Positions 47,349 to 61,209 of a DNA stretch of 64,000 nucleotides are shown piece by piece. A model generated the notes under the pieces. It did no database searches. It worked only from the letters and a program-made list of their open reading frames with translations, and had not been told where the DNA came from. This stretch comes from Chloroflexota bacterium (lineage in GTDB: Bacteria; Chloroflexota; Limnocylindria; QHBO01). The stretch spans positions 303,246 through 367,245 of the forward strand of contig JAILWI010000002.1 in NCBI GenBank assembly GCA_025699005.1, written 5' to 3'. Position 1 is the stretch's first letter; each line of letters opens with the position of its first letter. The position numbers were made by a program, and so were the translations under genes.

Positions 47349-48128
47349 ATGCAGATCGAGGCGCTCCCCTTCGTCAACTGGATCTTCTGGACCGCGCTCT
47401 CGTCGGGCACGCTGCTCGTCGTCGGGGTGACCGAGGTCGTGGGAGGAACGACGCGCGGGTACCGGCTGTTCATGGCGTGGCTGCTGGCGGTGTTCGCCGC
47501 CGTCCTCGTCGTCAGCGACCTCAACCTGCCGCTCGGCGTCGAGGCCGCCTCGACCGCCGATCTGCGTCGACTCCTCGTCATCGGGTTCGCCGCCGGCTGC
47601 ATCGCGTACCTGGCGGCGTCGATCGCCGACCGTCCGAGGAGCTGGCTCGCCGTCGCGACCGCCGTCGTCGGACTGCTCGCGCTCGTCGTGCTCGCCGCGG
47701 CCGGCGGAAGCGAGAGCACGCCGCTGTTTGCGAGCCAGCTCGTCCTCGGCGCCCTCGCGCTCGGCGCCGTGAACGCGGCGATGCTGCTCGGCCACTGGTA
47801 TCTCGTGACCCCGAAGCTGTCGCCGGCTCCGCTGCGCCGGATGATGTGGCTGCTCGGCGGCGTGCTCGTCGTCCAGGGGCTCGTGTTCGGCGTGGCCCTC
47901 GCCGCCGTCGGCGGCGGCGCGCTCGATGGCGGACTCGCGTGGCTCGCCTGGCTCCGCCTCGGCGCGGGCATCCTCCTCCCGATCGTCGTCACCGCGCTCG
48001 CGCTGCTGGCATCGCGGGCGGCATCGCTGCAGGCCTCGACCGGGCTGCTCTACATCGGCCTGGCGCTCGTCATGGCGGGATCGATCGCGGGCTGGAGCAT
48101 CACCTACCTCAGCGGCGTCCCGGTCTGA
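47349..48128 (+). CDS. hypothetical integral membrane protein (259 aa)
   Basis: 7-8 TM helices. Starts 7 nt after the Rieske gene. Confidence 0.45.
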   Translation: MQIEALPFVNWIFWTALSSGTLLVVGVTEVVGGTTRGYRLFMAWLLAVFAAVLVVSDLNLPLGVEAASTADLRRLLVIGFAAGCIAYLAASIADRPRSWLAVATAVVGLLALVVLAAAGGSESTPLFASQLVLGALALGAVNAAMLLGHWYLVTPKLSPAPLRRMMWLLGGVLVVQGLVFGVALAAVGGGALDGGLAWLAWLRLGAGILLPIVVTALALLASRAASLQASTGLLYIGLALVMAGSIAGWSITYLSGVPV

Positions 48129-48133
48129 CGTCG

Positions 48134-48787
48134 ATGCCGATCACCGCACGCTGCTTCGCCTCCCTGCGTGAGATCGCGGGCGACCGCACGACGCTCGACG
48201 TGCATGCGGGAAGCACGGTCGCCGATGCCTGGCGCCGGCTCACAGAGCTGCATCCGGCACTCGAGCCGCACCGGCCATACGTGCGCGCGGCGCGGAATGG
48301 CGTATACGCGGCATGGGACGACCAGCTTGCCGATGACGACGTGATCGCATTCCTTCCCCCCGTCAGTGGCGGGGCCACGACCGACCTCGTCGCGGGACCG
48401 ATCGACGTGCCGGCGCTCGAACGGTCGGCCGCCGATGCCGGCCATGGCGCGGTGGTCACGTTCGTCGGGCGCGCCCGCGACCGGGCCGATGATGGTCGCC
48501 ACGTGCTCGAGCTCGCGTACGAGGTCTACCCCGAGATGGCGGCCGCCACCCTGGCCGAGATCGCCGACGAAGCCGAGCGCCGTTGGCCGGCGTCGGTGAG
48601 CGTCGTCCATCGCCACGGCGTCGTGCCCATCGGCGAGGCGGCCGTCGCGATCGTCACCGCGGCGGCGCACCGTGCGGAGGCCTACGAGGCGAACCGCTTC
48701 GTCATCGAGGCGATCAAGGAGCGCCTTCCGATCTGGAAGCGCGAGCGGTTCGCCGACGGCAGCGAGTGGAAGCGGCCCGGCGCATGA
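48134..48787 (+). CDS. molybdopterin synthase MoaD-MoaE fusion protein
   Basis: N-terminal ThiS/MoaD-like domain ending in a GG motif (VIAFLPPVSGG). C-terminal MoaE domain (VVTFVGRARD...EVYPEMA...NRFVIEAIKERLPIWKRERF). Confidence 0.7.
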   Translation: MPITARCFASLREIAGDRTTLDVHAGSTVADAWRRLTELHPALEPHRPYVRAARNGVYAAWDDQLADDDVIAFLPPVSGGATTDLVAGPIDVPALERSAADAGHGAVVTFVGRARDRADDGRHVLELAYEVYPEMAAATLAEIADEAERRWPASVSVVHRHGVVPIGEAAVAIVTAAAHRAEAYEANRFVIEAIKERLPIWKRERFADGSEWKRPGA

Positions 48788-49548
48788 TCAGCCGTCCCCT
48801 CGGCCTGCTCGCCGTCGCGGTCGGCGGGCTCGCGGCGCTCGTCGCGGTCGAGCTGAACATGCTGTCGCGGCGCGAGTACCTGCCGTCGCCCGAGTACCGC
48901 GTCGATCTCCGGCTGGAGCCGAACGAACCGCGCCCGGATGTGCAGAACCCGCTTCGGCTTGCGGTGCTTGGCGACTCGACGGTCGCCGGCATCGGTTCGC
49001 CGACCGAGCGTGAGTCGCTGCCCGCGCTCATCGCCGCGCGCGTCGCCGATCGGCTGGGCCGGCCGGTCGACGTCGTCGGATTCGGGGTTTCGGGAGCCAG
49101 GACGGCCGATGTCGTCGCCTCCCAGGTCCCTCGCATCGGCGATGACTTCGATGCGGTCGTGGTGGTCGTGGGATCGAACGATGCCACCCACGCGACCCCG
49201 TGGTGGGACGTGCGCCGCGACACGGAACGGCTTCTGCGCGAGCTTCGCTCGACCGGTGGCCGAGCCGTGCTGGCCGGAACGCCGCGCTTCATCGGCAACC
49301 AGATCATTCCCGAGCCCTTGAAGACGGCGGTCGATCGCTACTCGGGGCTGCTGCGCGGCGAGCAGCGCGCCGCCGTGGAGGCCGTGGACGGCGCCCGGTT
49401 CGTCGACATCGCCGCCCATGCGAGCCCGAGGTTCGAAGGACGCCCGGACGCGACGAGCTCCGACGGGTTCCATCCCTCGCCCGTTGGCTACGGCTTCTGG
49501 GCCGATGCGATCGCTCCGGTGGTCGAGGACGCGCTGACCGACGGTTGA
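48784..49548 (+). CDS. SGNH/GDSL hydrolase family protein
   Basis: ATGA overlap. N-terminal TM or signal. GDS(L) block VLGDSTVAG. Later GSND and DGFHP blocks carry the catalytic Asp/His. Confidence 0.65.
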   Translation: MISRPLGLLAVAVGGLAALVAVELNMLSRREYLPSPEYRVDLRLEPNEPRPDVQNPLRLAVLGDSTVAGIGSPTERESLPALIAARVADRLGRPVDVVGFGVSGARTADVVASQVPRIGDDFDAVVVVVGSNDATHATPWWDVRRDTERLLRELRSTGGRAVLAGTPRFIGNQIIPEPLKTAVDRYSGLLRGEQRAAVEAVDGARFVDIAAHASPRFEGRPDATSSDGFHPSPVGYGFWADAIAPVVEDALTDG

Positions 49549-49614
49549 GCGGAGCGCTCGTCGACCCGCTGCGCACGTGCAAAGGCCGGCCCGGGAAGGC
49601 ACAATGCCGCAGAC

Positions 49615-50784
49615 ATGGCGACTCCGAAGCCGGGCGAGATCCGGTGTCCGACCTGCCACCGCTCGACGGTGCCCGCCGCGTTCTGCACCCAGTGCGGATC
49701 GGCGATCCCTTCGGATGCGCGGATCCGTCCGCGCGGCATGGACCGCGACGAGCTCCAGGATCGCATCCGTGCGCGTCGGTCCGGCGCCGAGCCGTACCGG
49801 CGTGGAGGAGCGGCCGACGACATCGGCCCGGGCTACGAGAAGTTCGAGCCCGAGCCTGAGGATGCCCGCGCCCGGCGCGGTCGCGAGGAGCAGCGGCGGC
49901 GTGACGAGCTCCACGAGACGGCTGAGCCTGCGGAGCGTCCCTCAGTTCCTCCCCCCGCAGCCGTTCCTCCGCCCCAGCCGGCCGACCGGCCCGACATCAC
50001 GCGCGAGCACGACGACTGGGCCGATCGCCCGCGCGCGGCCGCGCCGACGCCTCCGCCTGCGGTCGCGCCTCCTCCCGCGGCCGCCGCGGCACCGACGCTC
50101 GAGGCCGACCACGTCGACAACTACGACGACAGCGCCTACGACCCCGGCGAGTACCCGTACGAATACGACGAGTGGGACGACGATCGCGAGCGACGGTCGT
50201 CCGGCGCCGGAGCCTTCGCGATCCTCGGCTTCCTCGGGCTCGGCGTCCTGGCGCTCCTCGGCGGCGCCGTCCTGGCGGGCGTCTTCAGCGGGGACCCGAA
50301 CACCGGCGGGGTGGATCCGACGTTGACCCCGAGCCCGACCATTTCCGCGAGCATCGCCCCGAGTGATGCACCGAGCACGGATCCGAGCGCCGATCCGAGC
50401 GCCGATCCGAGCTCGGGTCCGCCGGCCAGCGGCGAGCCGGTCGTCTTCCCCGACGGGTTCACGGCGGAGGCACAGCCCTGCATCCCCGGAAGCCCGAACG
50501 TCGACGGTTGTGACTCGAACGCGGTCAGCAACAACGGAAACCTGTGGGTCTGGGTCGGCTTCACGAACGGCACGGAGAACGACGTGATCGGCGTCGAGAT
50601 CGTCGGTCCCGACGGCACGACCGTGGGTGACGGGTCGATCCCCCTGGCGCGCATCGGCTGCAGCCCGCGATGCCCGGGCGGGTGGACGTACTTCCCGTTC
50701 GGGGGCCTCGGTCCCGGCACCTACGACGTCGAGGTCACGCGCAACGGCGACCCTGCCGGCTCGACGAGCTTCGAGGTCTCCTAG
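49615..50784 (+). CDS. zinc-ribbon / Pro-rich linker / TM / extracytoplasmic domain protein
   Basis: N-terminal CPTCH...CTQCG ribbon and a long Pro/Ala-rich segment. One TM (FAILGFLGLGVLALLGGAVLAGVF). The C-terminal domain is paralogous to the 50830-51447 product. Confidence 0.5.
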   Translation: MATPKPGEIRCPTCHRSTVPAAFCTQCGSAIPSDARIRPRGMDRDELQDRIRARRSGAEPYRRGGAADDIGPGYEKFEPEPEDARARRGREEQRRRDELHETAEPAERPSVPPPAAVPPPQPADRPDITREHDDWADRPRAAAPTPPPAVAPPPAAAAAPTLEADHVDNYDDSAYDPGEYPYEYDEWDDDRERRSSGAGAFAILGFLGLGVLALLGGAVLAGVFSGDPNTGGVDPTLTPSPTISASIAPSDAPSTDPSADPSADPSSGPPASGEPVVFPDGFTAEAQPCIPGSPNVDGCDSNAVSNNGNLWVWVGFTNGTENDVIGVEIVGPDGTTVGDGSIPLARIGCSPRCPGGWTYFPFGGLGPGTYDVEVTRNGDPAGSTSFEVS

Positions 50785-50829
50785 GCCCCGGGTTGGGGCT
50801 GGCCCCCAACCTGCACGGTGGTGAGCGAC

Positions 50830-51447
50830 ATGTCCCGCTCCACGTTCGAGATCATCCGGGTTCCCGCCGCCGTCCTTCTTCTGGCGATCGCCGCCTTCGT
50901 CCTCTGGCCGCGCGGCGGCGACGCGTCGCCGGCCGCGGATGCCGCGTCGGCGACGCCCAGCATCGTCGTGGGCCAGCCCGGCGGCGAGGTCGTTCCACCC
51001 AGCGAGGAGCCCTCCGCCAGCGAGCAGGCCACGCCGATCCCGACCCTGACTCCGGCACCCACCGCCACGACGGCTCCCACGCCGGAGCCGACACCCGATC
51101 CGACACAGCCGCCCGGGCCGAACGGCTTCACGGCCGAGGTGCTCGTCTGCCGCTCGATCTCCGGGTCGTCCTGCAACGATCGCCTCGAGCGCATCCCGCC
51201 GAACCTCGCGACGTTCACGGCGCTCGTGCGATTCACCGATGCGCGCGCCGGCGATGTCATCAACGCCGTCCTCAGCGGCCCGAGCGGCACGATCCCGGGC
51301 GGGGCCTACACCCTCCAGGGCGGAGGTGACGGCTACTACTACTCGACGTTCCAGGCCCGCGGCCTGCCCGCCGGTGACTACACGATGACGGCGACCCGCA
51401 ACGGCGAGGAGGTCGCCTCCACGCGTCTCGTCAAGGGCGGGGGCTGA
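50830..51447 (+). CDS. membrane-anchored secreted protein, paralog of the C-terminal domain of the upstream gene
   Basis: Signal-anchor and Pro/Thr-rich linker. Shared domain GFTAEVLVC...SC...DYTMTATRNGEEVAS versus GFTAEAQPC...TYDVEVTRNGDPAGS. A GTG at 50818 is also possible. Confidence 0.45.
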   Translation: MSRSTFEIIRVPAAVLLLAIAAFVLWPRGGDASPAADAASATPSIVVGQPGGEVVPPSEEPSASEQATPIPTLTPAPTATTAPTPEPTPDPTQPPGPNGFTAEVLVCRSISGSSCNDRLERIPPNLATFTALVRFTDARAGDVINAVLSGPSGTIPGGAYTLQGGGDGYYYSTFQARGLPAGDYTMTATRNGEEVASTRLVKGGG

Positions 51448-51453
51448 GCGTCC

Positions 51454-52554
51454 TCAGCCGCCGCCCGACGAGTCGGTGCCGGCTCCCAGATCGGCGATCG
51501 GCCCGGCTCCCGACGCGCGCCGCTTCGCCGCCAGCGCGCTGATCGCCTCGAGCACGCAGCGGTGGGCCGCAGCGGCGGTCACCTCCGCCTGGTCGAATGG
51601 CGGCGAGACTTCCACCACGTCCATGCCCGCCAGCTCGACCCGTCCCACGATCTGCCGAACGGCGCGCAGCAGCTCGCGCGTCAACATGCCACCCGGCTCG
51701 GGCGTACCAGTCCCCGGCGCCATGCCCGGATCGATGACGTCGATGTCGACCGACAGGTAGATGAGCTCCGGACCGTCGAGCGCCTGGTCGATGGCTTCGG
51801 CGATGACCGTCTCGGCGCCGCGCTCCTCGATTTCGGTCATGAGGTGCCAGCGCATGCCCTGCTCGCGCATCCACTCCATCGTCTCGGCGCCGGGCCAGTA
51901 GCCGCGGAGGCCGACCTGGACGAAGTTCCGGCCGGCGACGGCGCCGGACTCGATGAGCCGGCGCATCGGGGCGCCATGGGATCGGAGCGTGCCCCAGGTC
52001 GAGTTCGCCGCATCGGCGTGGGCGTCGAAGTGGACGATGCCGAGGCGCTTCGGCGCGACGTGGCGTGCGATGGCGGTCGCCGATGGATAGGTGATCGAGT
52101 GGTCGCCGCCCAGGATGATCGGCACCGCGCCGGTGCTCGCCACGTCGGCGACCTTGCGCTCGATCACCGCGTGCCCGCGCTCGATGTTCATCGGCGTGAC
52201 CGGGGCGTCGCCGGCATCGACCACGCTGATCCAGTCGTACGGCTCGATCTCGAGCTGGAGCGAGTTGATGGCCCCCGAGTGATAGCTCGCCTGACGGATG
52301 GCGCGCGGGCCGAAGCGGGCGCCGGGCCGGTGGCTCACCGCGTCGTCGAACGGGGCGCCGACGATGGCGACGTCGGGTCGTGCGGCCCGCAGATCCTCGA
52401 GATCGGGGATCCAGGGGAGCTTCTGGAAGGACGGCAGTCCGGCGTAGGCGGGCAGGTTGAAGTCGTCGTAGGCGGTGTAGGGGTCGCCGCCCGGCGCGGC
52501 CTCGTCGTTCATCCCGCGTGCCTGGCGGTCACGCTCGTCGGGCATGGCGCACAT
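51454..52554 (-). CDS. agmatinase / ureohydrolase (arginase family) protein
   Basis: Mn-binding motifs GGDHSITYP, DAHAD, SVDIDVIDP. The start is uncertain and could be any of three in-frame ATGs (52554, 52542, 52512). Confidence 0.75.
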   Translation of the reverse strand: MCAMPDERDRQARGMNDEAAPGGDPYTAYDDFNLPAYAGLPSFQKLPWIPDLEDLRAARPDVAIVGAPFDDAVSHRPGARFGPRAIRQASYHSGAINSLQLEIEPYDWISVVDAGDAPVTPMNIERGHAVIERKVADVASTGAVPIILGGDHSITYPSATAIARHVAPKRLGIVHFDAHADAANSTWGTLRSHGAPMRRLIESGAVAGRNFVQVGLRGYWPGAETMEWMREQGMRWHLMTEIEERGAETVIAEAIDQALDGPELIYLSVDIDVIDPGMAPGTGTPEPGGMLTRELLRAVRQIVGRVELAGMDVVEVSPPFDQAEVTAAAAHRCVLEAISALAAKRRASGAGPIADLGAGTDSSGGG

Positions 52555-52646
52555 GCGCTCACCTCCGGCGGTCGAACCGGCGCCGTCGCGATGCGGAGCA
52601 GGCCAGTCCGGTCGCCGATCCTAGCACGCTACCATCGGCCCCACCC

Positions 52647-53039
52647 ATGGACGATGACGACCCGATCTACACCGTCGAGCAGGCGCGCGCGATGCTGCCG
52701 CTCATCCGCGGCTCGATCCTGCAGCTGGCGGTGGAGCGTCGTCGGGTGGACGACGCCCACGACGCGCTCCATCATCGGCTCCACGGGGGAGGCGGTGGCG
52801 GACCCCGGGAGCAGGCGCGGCTCGAGGCGGTGAACACCGAGCTCCGTGCGCGCGTTCGTGATCTGCTCGATCACCTCGAGTCGCTCGGGATCGTGATCCG
52901 GGACCTCGACGAGGGGCTGGTGGATATCCCGACGCTGCGCGACGGCGAGCGCGCGTGGCTGTGCTGGCGGCTGTCCGATCCGACGCTCGACTACTGGCAC
53001 ACGACGCACGAGGGATTCAGCTCGAGGCGCCAGCTGTGA
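52647..53039 (+). CDS. hypothetical protein (130 aa)
   Basis: ATG 52647 with an acidic N-terminus (MDDDDPIY). No motif assigned. Confidence 0.4.
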   Translation: MDDDDPIYTVEQARAMLPLIRGSILQLAVERRRVDDAHDALHHRLHGGGGGGPREQARLEAVNTELRARVRDLLDHLESLGIVIRDLDEGLVDIPTLRDGERAWLCWRLSDPTLDYWHTTHEGFSSRRQL

Positions 53040-53914
53040 GCGATCGTCCCGTCGCGGTCACGGTGATCGGCGACGCGCTGCTCGACGTGACGGCGACACT
53101 TCGGGAGCCGATGCGCCACGGAGAGGACGTGCCCGCTGCGATCGCCCCGCGTCCGGGCGGCCAGGGCGCCAACGTCGCCGTGCGGCTCGCCCGGCGCGGG
53201 GTCGGCGTGCGTCTCGTCTGCGGATTGGGTGACGACGTCGCCGGCCGGCTCATTCGCGAAGCGCTCGCCGCGGAAGGCGTCGAGCTTGCGCCGCTGCCGG
53301 TCGACGCGACCGGCAGCGTCCTGATCATCGTCGACGACACCGGCGAGCGGACGATGCTGAGCCATCGAGCTCCATTCACGGACCAGCTCACGTCGGAGGT
53401 GCTGCCTGACGCGCCCTGGACCATCGTGTCCGGCTACGCGCTGGCCGAGCCGGGAGCCGACGCCGCCGCCACATCGCTGGCCTCGCACCCCGGCCGGCGC
53501 GCCGTGCTGGGCTGCGCCGTATCGTCGACCCTGCGAGCGACGTGGCGCGCAGCAGCGAAGGCCCTGCGTGCCGACCTCGTCATCGCCAATGCCGACGAGG
53601 CTCGTAACCTCGCGCCGCTCGAGGAGCTCGCGGCGAATGTCGTCGTCACCTCGGCCGACGGGGCTGCCGCCACCCTCGCCGGGATCCCGATGAGCGTCGC
53701 CGGCGAACGCGATTCGAACGTCGCCGATGCCACCGGTGCCGGCGACGCCTTCGCGGCGGCGTTGCTGGCAGGACTGGTGCGCGGCACGTGGCCGCCGCCC
53801 CGCGCGGACTTCGAGACCGCGCTCGCAGCCGCGGTGGGCGTTGCCGGGGAGGTCGCGCGCGTGGCCGGCGCCCAGGGCCGGGTCCCGAGCGAGACGGTCG
53901 GATCAACCCCGTGA
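53036..53914 (+). CDS. psuK: PfkB-family carbohydrate kinase, probable pseudouridine kinase
   Basis: Ribokinase-like fold with the GAGDAF anion-hole motif and an N-terminal VTVIGDALLDV. GTGA overlap and genetic coupling with psuG. Confidence 0.65.
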   Translation: MSDRPVAVTVIGDALLDVTATLREPMRHGEDVPAAIAPRPGGQGANVAVRLARRGVGVRLVCGLGDDVAGRLIREALAAEGVELAPLPVDATGSVLIIVDDTGERTMLSHRAPFTDQLTSEVLPDAPWTIVSGYALAEPGADAAATSLASHPGRRAVLGCAVSSTLRATWRAAAKALRADLVIANADEARNLAPLEELAANVVVTSADGAAATLAGIPMSVAGERDSNVADATGAGDAFAAALLAGLVRGTWPPPRADFETALAAAVGVAGEVARVAGAQGRVPSETVGSTP

Positions 53915-54840
53915 GCTCCGCAGAGCGGCCGCCGCTCGCCATCGCCGACGAGATCCGCGACGCGCTCGACGCCGGCCGACCGGTGGTGGCGCTCGAGTCG
54001 AGCCTCATCGCGCAGGGCCTGCCCGTGCCGCACAACCTCGAGACGGCGCTCGCCGCCGAGCAGGCGATCCGCGATTCCGGTGCCGTGCCGGCCACGACGG
54101 CCGTCCACGGCGGCCGCCTCATCATCGGCGCAGATCGTGATCTGCTCCACCAGCTGGCCGATCCCGACCGGGTCATCGCGAAGGCCGGATCACGTGACCT
54201 CGGACCGCTGCTCGCCGCCGGGCAGCTGGCGTCGACCACGGTGAGCGCCACGATGCGCCTGGCGCATCTCGCCGGGATCACCGTCTTCGCCACCGGTGGG
54301 ATCGGCGGCGTGCATCGCGATGCCGCCACCGGTTTCGATGTCTCGAGCGACATCGACGAGCTCTCGGCCACGCCGGTGGCCGTCGTCGCCTCCGGCGCGA
54401 AGTCGATCCTCGACCTGCCGGCCACGCTCGAGATGCTCGAGACACGGCGCGTGCCGGTCGTCGGTTACGGCGTCGACGAGCTGCCGGCGTTCTACAGCAC
54501 GAGCTCGGGACTGCGTGTGCCCCATCGCGTCGATGGACCGGACGCCGCCGCGGCCATGATCCGGGCCCATCGTTCGATTCCGGGCGCGGGCGGGGTGCTC
54601 ATCGTGCAGCCGCCGCCGGCCGAGCTCGCGCTCGATGCGGCCGAGGTCGAGGCGTGGATCCAGGAGGGCCTGCGCGACGCGGCCGCCTCCGGAGTCCGTG
54701 GCGGCGCGGTGACGCCGCACCTGCTCGGACACGTGGCCCGAGCGTCCGGGGGCCGGACCCTGCAGACGAACATCGCCCTCATCGTCGGCAACGCCCGGAC
54801 CGCCGGAGCCATTGCAGCGTCGCTGGCGACCTTGACCTGA
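53911..54840 (+). CDS. psuG: pseudouridine-5'-phosphate glycosidase
   Basis: IndA/PsuG hallmark FATGGIGGVHR plus the VVALESSLIAQG N-terminal block. Confidence 0.8.
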   Translation: MSSAERPPLAIADEIRDALDAGRPVVALESSLIAQGLPVPHNLETALAAEQAIRDSGAVPATTAVHGGRLIIGADRDLLHQLADPDRVIAKAGSRDLGPLLAAGQLASTTVSATMRLAHLAGITVFATGGIGGVHRDAATGFDVSSDIDELSATPVAVVASGAKSILDLPATLEMLETRRVPVVGYGVDELPAFYSTSSGLRVPHRVDGPDAAAAMIRAHRSIPGAGGVLIVQPPPAELALDAAEVEAWIQEGLRDAAASGVRGGAVTPHLLGHVARASGGRTLQTNIALIVGNARTAGAIAASLATLT

Positions 54841-54895
54841 CCCTCGCTCGGGGTATCCTCGGGCGGCCGGGAAGCCAGACGGAGGCGCGCGTTCC

Positions 54896-55420
54896 ATGCG
54901 GATCTACGACGGAAGCCCGCGGCAGGACTGGGAAGAGGTTCTCCGCAGCATCGGCGCGTTCGTCGACAGCGAACGCCTCAAGGAGGTCCTCCTGCTCGAG
55001 CTGGAGGGTGGGTTCCTCCTCCAGGGTCTCGGCGTGGCGGGCGGTGCCGCCGACGCGGACACCTACGGCTCCATGGTGAAACGGACGCACGAGCTGACCG
55101 ACGAGCAGGTGGGACAGCTCATGGACGCATCGGCCGCGCGCCGCGGCAGCGCGGAGAACGATCGCGCGAAGCCCGACCTCGTCAACTACTACGAGCTGGG
55201 GATGCGGATCATCGGCGCCTACGTCGACAGCCAGAAGGCGCACGACGTGTTCCTCTTCGAGCAGGGCGGGTCGTTCGTGCTTCGCCTGTTCAAGGTCGGC
55301 GGTCCCCGGAGCAGCGCCCACGAGCTGGCCGAATTCACTCGGGACGAGATCTTGGCTATGATCGAGTCCGCACCTGAGCAGCGTCAGAAGGGCGCCCCCG
55401 AGAAGCGGGACGCGTCGTAG
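54896..55420 (+). CDS. hypothetical protein with an internal tandem duplication
   Basis: Two about 35-aa repeats (SIGAFVDSERLKEVLLLELEGGFLLQGLGVAGG and IIGAYVDSQKAHDVFLFEQGGSFVLRLFKVGG). Confidence 0.45.
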   Translation: MRIYDGSPRQDWEEVLRSIGAFVDSERLKEVLLLELEGGFLLQGLGVAGGAADADTYGSMVKRTHELTDEQVGQLMDASAARRGSAENDRAKPDLVNYYELGMRIIGAYVDSQKAHDVFLFEQGGSFVLRLFKVGGPRSSAHELAEFTRDEILAMIESAPEQRQKGAPEKRDAS

Positions 55421-55436
55421 TCAGGGAGTCAACTCC

Positions 55437-55589
55437 ATGAAGGCCATCAAGGTTCTCCTCATCAGCGTCCTCGCCCTCATCGCGGCGATGATAGTCATCC
55501 CGCTCACGATCCTGGCCGGACTCTTCGTCTGGCTGAAGCTCACGGAAGAGACCGACGACGAGATGATGGAGCTCGACGACGCGATCTGA
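55437..55589 (+). CDS. small membrane peptide (50 aa), not in the ORF track
   Basis: ATG preceded by AGGGAG 7 nt upstream. One TM helix (VLLISVLALIAAMIVIPLTILAGLFVWL) and an acidic C-terminus (TEETDDEMMELDDAI). Confidence 0.3.
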   Translation: MKAIKVLLISVLALIAAMIVIPLTILAGLFVWLKLTEETDDEMMELDDAI

Positions 55590-55648
55590 GCGCGCGAGCA
55601 CGTCGACCTGAGCAGAGCGCGGCCGCCGAAGCGGTCGCGTTTTCGCAT

Positions 55649-56452
55649 TCAGCCAGTCGCGAGCGCCCACGCCGCGGTCCACGTGACGGCCGCGACGAGC
55701 AGCCCGGCCCAGAGCGGGCCAGGCCCGCGGAGGCCCTGGCCGACCGCCGCGAGTCCCGCGAGACCCAGGACCACGCTGACCGTCTCGAGACGGCCCGCCA
55801 CGCCGAAGGCGATGCCGACGCCGATGCCCACCACCATGGCGATCCCCCACGCGCCGACGAATGCCGCGCGGCGACCGATGCGCTGGGACAGGTTCCCCGA
55901 GCCGATGCGCGCGTCCTGGTCGAAGTCCCGCACGGTGTTCGCCAGGTGCGCTGCCACCGCGAACGGACCGACCAGCAGGGGGGCGGCCGCGACCCGCTCG
56001 AGCGACGCGCCGACGCCACTCGCGATCCACAGCGGCAGGAGCCCGAAGCTGACGAGGTAGGGGAGGAAGCTGAGAACCGTGCGTGACAGCCACAGGTCGT
56101 ATGCAACGGCCGACGCGCTCGCCGCGACGCCGAGCATGAGCGGCAGCGGTCCGAGCGGCACCGATGCGCCGAGCTGCAGCGCGAACCCGGCGAGCGCGAC
56201 GATCAGGGCGCCCCGCGGCGAGATCGCGCCGGATGGAATCGGCTTCGATGCCTGGACCGCCGCGTCTCGCTCCCGGTCCGCCCAGTCGTTCAACGCCCCG
56301 GTCATGATCTGCGAGCCGAGCACGGCGAGCGCAACGAGAAGCACGCGAGCGTCGGTGGCACCGCGGCCTGCCTGGACCGACAGAAGGGCGCCGAGCACCA
56401 GGCTGAGCAGCACGACCGCGGCGGCCGGTGCGGGGTGGACGAGGCGAATCAC
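55649..56452 (-). CDS. UbiA family prenyltransferase
   Basis: Polytopic. Asp-rich motifs NDWADRERD and DFDQD typical of UbiA. GTG start at 56452 gives 268 aa. Upstream in-frame extension to 56809 is non-hydrophobic and unlikely. Confidence 0.6.
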   Translation of the reverse strand: MIRLVHPAPAAAVVLLSLVLGALLSVQAGRGATDARVLLVALAVLGSQIMTGALNDWADRERDAAVQASKPIPSGAISPRGALIVALAGFALQLGASVPLGPLPLMLGVAASASAVAYDLWLSRTVLSFLPYLVSFGLLPLWIASGVGASLERVAAAPLLVGPFAVAAHLANTVRDFDQDARIGSGNLSQRIGRRAAFVGAWGIAMVVGIGVGIAFGVAGRLETVSVVLGLAGLAAVGQGLRGPGPLWAGLLVAAVTWTAAWALATG

Positions 56453-56684
56453 GGACGGCACCCGCCGATCGTAGAGGTATCTCGGCGCGCACAGCGCTGA
56501 TCCGTATCTACGCGCGGAGTGGGCACGCCCGATGCGGAGTTCGCGGTCGCCGGCTGACAACGTCGGTCCCACCCCACGCGGCGCTTCGCGCATTGCGGTA
56601 AGATCAACCCCCGAGTGGCACAGAGGCGATGCCGCTCGCGCGCGGCCCCGGAGCCCACCCGCCGCCGCTCCAGCCCACTCTTGA

Positions 56685-59509
<2,825 letters not shown>

Positions 59510-59713
59510 CCGTTTGACCGCACGTGATCCCGAGCACGAACCCTCGACCCCCGGCCGTTCCCACGACCCTGCGGTCGACCTCTTCAACTGTCGTTCCTGC
59601 CGACGATTCACCAGGACCCTCATGACGGATCGAGGGTGGTGCAGCAGGGATGGCTCCCCGAAGCTCATCGAGGTCAGGTCCTACATGAAGCACTGCTGGC
59701 AGGCGAGGCGACC

Positions 59714-61186
<1,473 letters not shown>

Positions 61187-61209
61187 CGATCCTCCGCGTC
61201 CCGGGCCTC

